From the NCBI GenBank assembly GCA_964016885.1, contig OZ024747.1:76384001-76448000 (forward strand): DNA of 64,000 nucleotides, given 5' to 3'. Positions within the stretch are counted from its first letter, which is position 1. Every line of letters begins with the position of its first letter. The position numbers were made by a program, and so were the translations under genes. The notes beneath the pieces were generated by a model. The model was given only the letters and a program-made list of their open reading frames with translations. It ran no database searches and had not been told where the DNA came from. Positions 54,660-64,000 of the stretch are shown here, piece after piece. This stretch comes from Eledone cirrhosa. Its lineage: Eukaryota.

Positions 54660-56604
54660 TAGAACTGTTTCAATCGTGAGAAATCATCAGGAAGCTGGCT
54701 GTCCAAGTAGGTAGTGGTATTTATATCTTTTCTTTTCTGGTGGTAGGAGAGGGTGGGGATTGGGATAGATGGAGGTCATTGGTTGAAGGATTTAAAGAAA
54801 AGGGAGTTCATTAAAAGCTAATTTCTAAAGGCAGAAAGCATACTGTAAACAAAATCAAATTTGTAATACCAATTGTAGTTTATCACTTAGACCAGCGGTG
54901 GGCAACCTTTTCGAGAGAGATAGAGGGCCAAACAGCTAGTTTATCACTTAGACCAGCGGTGGGCAACCTTTTCGAGAGAGATAGAGGGCCAAACAGCTAT
55001 GCAGCTGGAGGAGGGCCATGTTATTAAGTATGTAAATAAATTTTCTGGAGGTTTAAAGCAAAACAAGGAATTTAATATAATTTTATTTTACTGCAGGAAT
55101 AACAAAAAAAAGAAAAAAAACTACAAACACATTCAACAAAAAAAAAACAAATTCTTTATTTTACTGCAGGAATAACAGAAAAACAACTACTATCACAATC
55201 AACAAAAAAAAAGCAAATTCCTTGCTACAAACGAAATACAGTTAGAAATGGTAAATGATTTAATGAGACCCTTGTTTCTGCTTATTGTGCGATAACTTCT
55301 CCACATCAGGTGAAATATTTGCCGATGACAGGAGCAAAACATCATCCAGGTGGTCGTCACGCAACCTTGTTCTTAAATGACTTGTAGTATATTTCTAAGT
55401 CTTAAACTAACAATGCCTGTAAGACAGGTGTCTACAGGATGGGTGGGGTTCAATGGTTTAAAGAAAAGGGACATTTTTAGAAGCTAATTCTTTAAGGCTG
55501 GAATAAGGGTGACAAAGTCAGAAAGGGTTCCATCAACAGTTTCAAGTGTTGGGGTGATTCCCCTTATTGTGAAGTTTCTCTTAATATATATTCCAGGTGT
55601 CGACAAGCACATTCACACACTCGCCCATTTACACACGTACACGCACATACACGCACGCACACACACAACAAACATACATAATGGTACATACACACATACA
55701 CATATACAAATATATACACATATATATATACATACATACAATTATGTGTACATACATACGCTAACACACACATGAACACTGCCCGAATTGCATGCACAAA
55801 ATCTTTACAACTTTCAAATACCTTAAGCCAGTGTTAATGCCAGATGGCTAAACAAGATTCCCTTTTTTTAACCCCACCCTACCCCTACCCCTCTTGACCC
55901 GAAACACGGCACTGTGGTCATGTAAGTACTTCTTACTTATCTGCTCTTTCCGCATGTAAAGCGTACTTCATCTTAATACTGTATATATGTGTGTGTGTGT
56001 GTATTTGTGTATATTTATGAGTGTATGTATGTACGTATTTGTATGAGTGGCCGTACGATTGTACGCGTATGTTTGTGTGTACGTGCGTTTATATGTATTT
56101 ACGTATATGTGTATGTATATGTGTGTGTATGTGTGTGTATGAATGTACGTGTGTAAGTGGGCGAGTGTGTGAATGTGCTTGTCGACACCTGGAATATATA
56201 TTAAGGGGAATCAGCCCAACACTTGAATCTGTTGATGGAACCCTTTCTGCCTTTGTCACCCTTATTCCAGTCTTAAAGAATTAGCTTCTAAAGAATTTCC
56301 CTTTTCTTTAAACCATTGAACCCCACCCATCCTATAGACACCTGTCTTACAGGCATTTTTAGTCTAAGTGATAAACTAGGACTGGTATTCCAAATTTGAT
56401 TTTGTTTACAGTATTCTTTCTGCCTTTGTTAATACTAAAGCTTTAAAGAATTAGCTTTTAATGAACTCCATTTTCTTTAAATCCTTCAACCAATGACCTC
56501 CACCCATCCAATCCCCACCCTCTCCTACCACCAGAAAAGAAAAGATATAAATACTTACTTGAACAGCCAGGTCCCTGATGATTTCTCACGAATGAAACAG
56601 TTCT
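54660..56604. mobile_element. Large foldback element (about 600-bp diverged inverted arms) starting at (TA)n; left arm interrupted by a hAT fragment
   Basis: 54660-54892 plus 55402-55760 mirror 56020-56604 (e.g. AGAACTGTTTCA/TGAAACAGTTCT; CCAGGTGTCGACAAGCAC/GTGCTTGTCGACACCTGG). Confidence 0.88.
54893..55396 (-). mobile_element. hAT (Charlie-like) DNA transposon fragment: one TIR + transposase C-terminus
   Basis: CAGCGGTGGGCAACC terminus (duplicated in a 63-bp tandem). Minus-strand KYTTSHLRTRLRDDHLDDVLLLSSANISPDVEKLSHNKQKQGSH* at about 55260-55394. Possible 8-bp TSD ACTTAGAC/TCTTAAAC. Confidence 0.8.
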
Positions 56605-56611
56605 AGTCCTG
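56568..56611 (+). ncRNA. Hammerhead-like motif at end of the large foldback arm (mirror copy at about 54661-54692, minus)
   Basis: CAGGTCC-CTGATGA-T-TTC tcac GAA-T-GAAA-CAGT-TC-TAGTCCTG, then ATTAAA. Core intact, stem I imperfect. Confidence 0.45.
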
Positions 56612-56693
56612 TAGAAGCTCTTCTAAATTAAAACTTCTATACTCTGCTATGTATTGAGTACCTTACTGTGGTTCCCTCCGATTCAACCCGGAA

Positions 56694-56737
<44 letters not shown>

Positions 56738-57069
56738 GTGTGTGTGTGTGTTTGTGTGTGTGTGCGTGTGTGTATGTATGTGCGTGTGTGTGTGCGTGTG
56801 CGTGTGTGTATGTGCGCGCGCGCGTGTGCATGTGTGTGTGCGCGCACGCGTGTGTGTGCATGGTGTGTGTGCGTGTGTGTGTGTTCTGAAATTTGGAAGC
56901 CGTTCTAATGTATATGTTTTAAAGATAACAATGAATTAATATATTTTTAATATTTCGCGTATCTACGGTATTTTGTACACCACTCAAAATGTATGTCTTC
57001 CATTTACCATTATACCCTATTTATTTTTTATTGCTTGTTATGAAATGTATGTTAACCCTCCGAATATCA

Positions 57070-57325
57070 ATGTCTCTCTCTTCCATTCTGTACATATTGA
57101 CTCTTGAGCCTTTACTACAGAAGCTGGAGCTGTTGCAGGGCATCCCTTCCGAATCGGAACATGGAAAGGCTGTGTCACCATGATAGTGTCGAACACCTCG
57201 GAAATCGAGTTGGTTGGCACCTTCTGGGAGGAATATGAAATGTTGACGGGAGCAAAACTAAACCCGGAAAAGACGGTGGGCTTGCAGCTCGGCACCTGGA
57301 AAGGCAAGTCCATGCCGTCCATCAG
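57070..57325 (+). pseudogene. Internal RT fragment of the same Tx1-like LINE family
   Basis: LYILTLEPLLQKLELLQGIP... and EEYEMLTGAKLNPEKTVGLQLGTWKGKSMP match ORF2; the YADD-coding segment is deleted. Confidence 0.85.
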
Positions 57326-57660
57326 AGTCGATGGTTCAAATCGTATAGAGTTCAAATTTACCTTTCATCTTCTAAACCAAATCCAAAACGGAAAAATGCT
57401 TCGTTTGTTCGTAGTCCCTTCTGCCTCCCATTTATATCCGTAATCACAATAAGTGAATCCCTAGTATCTCGCATGATAATCAAGCACAATGTGCTAAGTT
57501 ATGACCAGGGTGACGGTAATTTCCTTGAAATTACAAATAGACCCATGCTGAACAAAGCAAGATTCTTGGCATGCCTATCTTGTACGTGAAGTATATACTC
57601 GGTAATACTGCATAGGAATAACATTTCAAAATGGAATCTCGTATAAAACGAGCGACTTGA

Positions 57661-57795
57661 TAACCCTAATCTTAATCCTAACACAACCATTAACGCTACC
57701 ACTGACACAACCCTTAACCCTACCACTAACATAATCCTTAATCCTACCACTAACACAACCCTTAACCCTACCACTAACACAAGCCTTAACCCGAA
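57661..57795 (+). repeat. 24-bp minisatellite with TAACCC motifs (AACCCTTAACCCTACCACTAACAC)
   Basis: About 5 tandem units read from the sequence. Confidence 0.85.
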
Positions 57796-58067
57796 CTGAC
57801 GGCAGCACAGCTTTGCCTTTTCCAGGAATCAATCTCCTATCAATCGCTTGAGCTACTGGCCAAACTATCAGATGGAATCATTACAACATAATCTATGACA
57901 TTAAAGTTGACCTTATACCAACTTTGCACACTTTTCACACCATATTGTAAAACTTTTGTTCACAAATTATGTCTTCACTGTTTACCTGAAATAGATTTCC
58001 CACTCGTTCATCTTTCAAACACTCACACACACAGAAAAACATACATATACGTGAACGTGTGTGTGTG

Positions 58068-58128
<61 letters not shown>

Positions 58129-59399
58129 GTGTATGTGTGTGTGTATGTATGTACAATAAATATCAACATTTGATTGAAGAATTTCAATAAGAAAGGAATA
58201 CAATTAAATATGAACTCAATGACTTGAGAATGTAGACAAAACAAAAGCCTAATTTAAACGAATGAAATAGCCGTTGGCTGGGAACGATTTTCATCTAATT
58301 ATTCAATGATTTTGATCGAATGAAGACGTATCACAGACAAAAGAATATCTATCCGAACATTATACTAAACGTTGGTCTGATAATCGGGAGTGTACAGAGT
58401 GTAAAGTGCACTTACATGATATAAGCAGACACATAACAAATTATATTATTCTTTGTCAGAAATAAATTGTTTTAAGTTAGGATAACAGAAATATAAATAG
58501 AAATAGAATTGTCGTAAGATTGAATACGAGGTAGTAAATCTCCTAAAACCATTGGGTGTAAGAAGGTAACAACAGACGAGGAATTCAGTATTATGGATGA
58601 AATTCAAATTGTTCAATATTTGATCTCACCCTCTTACCCTCCCTTTCTTTCGTCGCTTGATTCTTTTTCTTGTTTTTTCTATTAATTTATTTTTTTTTGG
58701 ATCCCTTCAATAACGGTTTTTGTTTTTGATTATGGTTTTAATTCAAAGATCCACTCATGTTATAAATTGAGTCATGTACAGATTGATTGAGTCATATACT
58801 TGTTATATTAACATGTAATGGCAAAAGTGTTTCAAAGACACGTGTATCTAATGGAAATTCTCACATCAAATCTACATGATTCAATCTGTAACAAGAACGG
58901 ACCTTTTAAATTCATTTATAATCAAAGCTGTTTATACAAAACATAAAACACACTGTTGATGAACGAAAAGAACAAAAAAAGGAAATGAGAAGAAAAAGAA
59001 AAAAAGAATCAAGTAACGAAAGGAGGGACACACACTACACCCTAAGTCTGGGTGGTGCCTCAGCCGTATCCTGCAGTCCGACGAGTCCGGACACAGGTTC
59101 ACTTACTAATTTGCATCGACGCTTTCACAAGATGCCACACTGTAGGGAAAAAAAACCTGAATCTTATGATGGCGTGGTGATCTTCTTAACTACTCAACCA
59201 TGCTTGAGTCTATAAGGTATGAGAAACATATATAATATGGCAAGGTAAAGAAATAATTTTTTCTTTCTATGTATATCAGGGAGTTATATTTCTACCATAT
59301 GTGTGTGTGTGTGACAGCTTACACCTATGCAGGTTTAGCTGGCCTCATCCAACGTATATCTCGTTAGAGGTGCCTTGGGTAATTTAATGATAGGGACTC

Positions 59400-59536
59400 C
59401 AGTCCTAACATCTCATTTCTACAGCTGAGTAAACTGGAGCAACGTGAAATAAAGTGTCTTGCTCAAGGAAACAACACATCACCCGGTCCGAGAATTGAAC
59501 TCACAACCTTTGTTTGCAAGCTCAATGCTCTAACCA
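59400..59536 (-). mobile_element. tRNA-derived CORE-type SINE fragment
   Basis: Minus strand: TGGCTTAGTGGTTAGAGC...GTGAGTTCAATTCTC...CCTTGAGCAAGACACTTTATTTCAC. Confidence 0.75.
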
Positions 59537-60489
59537 CTAAGCCATGCGCCTTCACATGCACCTACCATATGGTAACTATTTGCTGAATATAATGAGAATG
59601 GAGGGATTTAGTCATGATTTCAATAACTGGGTACCAACTGTCAACACTTTAACACTATAAACTTTATTATCTGAGGCTCTGTTGAATAAGTTATACCTCC
59701 ATTCTACTCACGAATACGACTCTATCTAATTCTAGAAACGTTATTCATGAACACTGTATGATGGATTCTACGATAATATCTTATCCTTAATTGTTGCTAT
59801 ATTTCAGAGTTTAATGTAAACAACCAGGAAGAGCGCACACAATTATGTCTTCCCTTGTTATACATAAGTCGGTTAAACATACAGTATGTTGCCAAATACA
59901 GTATGTTGCCAAATATACTATATATACAAAAGTTGATATGTTTGCTACAAGAAAATAATAGCTAAAAATACATAGTATATATTTTCTTTTCGTGGTTTTC
60001 AAGTATTTATTTTAGAAAACGTTCAGATTGTTCATTGAATTTTTTAAAATATTATTACTAGATATATGATTATATTTATTTCAAAACAAAACATGTTTAT
60101 TTATAAAACAAACATTGTATTTTATTCTGTAACTAGTGACTATAATAGGAACGAAATTAACGTTCTTGTTCTTCGATTTCATCAAGTAATGATAGTGCAA
60201 TGTACTTAAGAAAATACTTCCCCGTGCCAATGCATCATCTATAATCACAAGAGGAGTTATTGTTGCACGTGTTTAGCCACGTGGTTGCACTCGTGTAGGA
60301 GTTCCATGATCACAGTTTATTCCAGTCATGATCATTCCGATTAAATTTGAGTATAGCGTATTTCCAACGATCCTGACCTATACAAACTTTTCTTTTTAAG
60401 AGGTGGGATGACATTTGAGAAACATTTGGCTGCAATATCTCGCAGATTAATCGACCATGTAGAGGTTCATCTGCCGCATCAAACGACTG

Positions 60490-60810
60490 ATTAACCCTCG
60501 TCGATTTCGAAGGAAGTAAGTTCTTAATTTGGGACGCGACGTGCTGCAACTTGTTCTCCGCAACCAGCCTTGTCGCCTCAGCCACAAAACCGAAGTTCAC
60601 TGCCCGCAATGCAGAGGACAGGAAGATAGTTAAACACCGGGGCTTTACCGTCCACTTCTTCTTTGTATCGGTCTCCATCGAGACCTATGGTGTTCTTGGT
60701 CACCGCAATGCTGATTTACTCCGTAAAATAGAAAATACGGCGATCTGCTTGAGAAGGAAGCTCGTGAGGTGAAGTGTCTCTGGCCATTCTCGAAGAGTAA
60801 TGCCTTTGTC
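60490..60810 (+). pseudogene. Second CRE-like RLE endonuclease remnant
   Basis: FEGSKFLIWDATCCNLFSA...AEDRKIVKH...FVSVSIETYGVLG, homologous to 17023-17380. Confidence 0.7.
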
Positions 60811-61540
60811 CGCGGGCCGCAACTAAGACACCGCTCAAACTGGAGTTTTGCGCCTCACTCTCACCCTCACCATTTCTATCGTTGCTTCTATTAATTCCCC
60901 TTTGTGGTTCCCTTTAATAGTGTGTTTTGTTTTACTATAAACATCTTTGTAAGATATAAGTCAAACTGGGAAGAGTAATCTAACAAAGCACTGAGAAATG
61001 TTGGAGTTTAGATCCAATATTTATTTGCACAGTAAGTCATACATATTTCTATTCTGGGTATTATTATAAAGTTTTATTCCACAACAGAACCAATCACAGC
61101 TTGCTTTATTCAATAGGTCTATTATAAATAGTTATATCCCCTAATATTACATTATAAACAGTACCATTCTCGAGTTCTGTATAAATAATTCTATTCCGGA
61201 ATACATTATAGACGTATTACCTTCCTAGAATGAATTCTATATAAAATTGTACATAATAAATTTTATATTGATACATTCCATGATACATCCTACTAGAATA
61301 TATTATAAACAATTCTCTGCTATAATGTAATGTGTTATATTCCAAAATAATATTTCAATTTATGTTTCCTGTATATATTTTAAACAATACCTCTATATAT
61401 ATGTGTGTGTGTGTGTGAATTTATTTACATGTATATATAAATATATGTGTATATATATGTATGTATATGTGTATGTATTTATTTATATGTATAAATATAT
61501 ATATATGCATATATTTATACATATATATACTTACATACGT

Positions 61541-61572
<32 letters not shown>

Positions 61573-61642
61573 GTATATATATATGTAAGTATATATATAT
61601 GTAAGTATATATATATATATGTATAAATATATGCATATATAG

Positions 61643-61799
<157 letters not shown>

Positions 61800-62837
61800 T
61801 TGCAATTGTGCTTGCGTAATAAGATAGAAATAAATATAGATTTCAAGTGCATAGAAAGTTCTATTCTAAAAAAACTATAATCTTCAGTATAGATGTTGAA
61901 TGTCACATTGAACAGGAAATATATGATTGTTTAAATTGTGTTGCTCTAAAGTAAATATAGAGAGAAGCAAGAGTTGCTATGGAGAAGTTAGTGTCTGTAC
62001 GATAAATGCAAGAACAATAATTACTATTATTATTGCCAAAGGTTAACTTTTAAATACTGTGAAAGATAAAGGATTTTCTGTAGCATGAAAATGGTGTATG
62101 CTTTCTGAAGTCTACACATACACATTAGTACGTATATAGTGTTCAATCTACACTAAGCACAGAATTTTCAAATGTATTCATGAAATTGATTCTGAAAAAT
62201 ATCTGAAATAAAATCACAGATTTAATAAAAGGAAGGAACGTTGGATAATGTTGATGTCGGCGTTATATCTTAAAATATGTGATGACCATTGCGATATTGC
62301 ATTTTTCATGATTGGTCGATAAGATCAGGACTGATTTGGGAGGATAAACACAACCGGTGCTACATATGAAGGGCTATCTGGATGTGTAAGGAATGGAGCC
62401 TCTTGAGCTACCTCTCTCAGTCCAGAAAAGCCCTAAGAAATATATACAGACGGTTAGTTACAGCATACTGTGTTTTTACTCTCAAACTCCTTGCTAAGAC
62501 GTACATATCTATGAAAATAACATAGGAACAGTAAATATCGTTAACTGAGACCATCTTCCTTACCAGAATGTACTGACGTAAAGACGAAGCAATAAGTTTG
62601 CTTCTATGATGGAGTCACTATGCTTGCTACATTCGGTGGCTAAATCCCTTACATGTGTTTTCCTGTTATCTAAAACATTTTCGGCATATCACATAAATTA
62701 ATGGTTTCTGATTTAGACACTAGTCCAACAATTTTTGGGGAGGGTAAAGTTGATTAAATCAATATAAATGGATGTACAGAAACAAAACGGCCGTGGTGTG
62801 TCGTTCAGAGACAAACAATCCTGATAATGATAATAAT

Positions 62838-62998
62838 ATTGTTTCTACTTTAGGCACAAAGTACTGGTGCTTTATTTTAACGAACCCGTAAGGTTGAACG
62901 CAAAGTTAACCTGGCGGGATTTGAACCCAGAACGTAAAGAGCCATAACTCCTATGCTGCAAAGCATGGTGTCCGACCCTCTACCGATACTGCCAATCC
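62838..62998 (-). mobile_element. tRNA-derived SINE copy (internal deletion near tail)
   Basis: GGATTTGAACCCAGAACGTAAAG...GTCCGACCCTCTACCGATACTGCCAATCC is the reverse complement of the family head. Confidence 0.85.
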
Positions 62999-63445
62999 AA
63001 TAATAATGCAAGTAATTATTTAAGTGGTGGTGGTGAGAGCGTTGATGTTGATTACTTCTTTTACGATTACAGTCTTTCCCGTTACATTAATAAGAAGGTA
63101 GGAATGTGCCATAATTGTAAGGAATTATTCACAAACAGTACAGTATTAGATGCGAAGAAAAAAAAACGTTAATGATGCTTTGATGAAATCTTAGATAAAA
63201 TATCAATGTAATTTCTACCAAGAATCCAACACGTATATTTTGGATGAAAAAAGAATGATTAAGCATGAGATTGGAAGAAACGGATTGCATCATACTAATT
63301 GCGTATTTAATTATCTTTTAAGCCTTCATAGAATTATGTTGAGACACCTGTCGAAGATGAAATGGGAAATAAATCAAAGTCACACCGTTGAGTGAAGATA
63401 GATTTAAACCATCAATATAATTGCATCAACATGCATAAGAATGGT

Positions 63446-63546
63446 GGTGCCTGGCCTAGTGGTAAGGGTGTTGGACACTTACGATCATAATGTCGTGGGT
63501 TCGATTCCTGCGCTGCATTGTGTGTTGTGTTCTTAAGCAAAACACA
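63446..63546 (+). mobile_element. tRNA-derived CORE-type SINE 5' part
   Basis: TGGCCTAGTGGTAAGGG...GGGTTCGATTCC...GTGTTCTTAAGCAAAACAC. Confidence 0.7.
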
Positions 63547-63892
63547 CGCACTGAGATTAATGCTACACGTGTATGTGTACGTTAACTTCATGAGCAGACT
63601 GTTCTGTTGTTAAAATAACTGCTGCACTCAGGCCTGGAGAGGGATGGGTTCCGCTAGGATATACAGAGAGACAAAGAGAAACAGACAGAGAAAGAGGTAA
63701 AATCCCGGCCGCCGCGGTGCCAATCGGTTTCGGCTCGCGTCTTCAGCAAGCCTTATGAAAACCCAAGCCGAAAACGCCTGAGGCCACGTTCGGTATTTTA
63801 CATATCTCTATACTCACTCATGCATTCAGTACTCCCATGATTAGTGGTGTCCCCGGTTTCAGCACCGCAGACTCTCTCTTTCTCTCTCTCTC

Positions 63893-63930
<38 letters not shown>

Positions 63931-64000
63931 AATATATATATATGTATATATATGTGTGTGTATGTATGTGTGTATATGTGTGTGTGTATATATATATGTG

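Noticed and set aside
57661-57795. Interstitial telomere
   Set aside because: TAACCC occurs only within a 24-bp minisatellite unit, not as (TTAGGG)n.
63719-63750. Minus-strand CTGAAGA-CGCGAGCC-GAAA-CCGA-TT hammerhead-like motif
   Set aside because: Core present but stem I does not pair and stem II is mismatched; too weak to call.

Overview
Eukaryotic, AT-rich, microsatellite-dense DNA with no confidently identifiable host gene. The repeat content looks like an octopus/coleoid cephalopod genome (inference from SINE consensus and microsatellite load). The only credible protein-coding genes are ORF1 (CCHC knuckle) and ORF2 (APE endonuclease + RT + zinc finger) of an intact 5.8-kb L1/Tx1-clade LINE with a perfect 20-bp target-site duplication (48562-54364). 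The rest is tRNA-derived SINEs, decayed LINE/RLE-retrotransposon/hAT fragments, a TTAA MITE and simple repeats. Two patterns stand out. (1) Both satellites in the window (a >10-kb 22-bp array at 1-10267 and a 29-bp array at 40625-41665) are tandem amplifications of the 5' A-box head of the same SINE family, and each is still fused to its SINE body. (2) Many unrelated short non-coding elements sitting in (TA)n tracts carry minimal type-I hammerhead-ribozyme motifs (C[UC]GA-N-GA / stem II / GAAA / palindromic stem III / UH, often followed by AATAAA), and several are arranged as inverted or partial-tandem repeats. This is a Penelope-pLTR/retrozyme-like population. There are also many long DNA palindromes centred on (TA)n. 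Coordinates were read by eye and may be off by a few bases.
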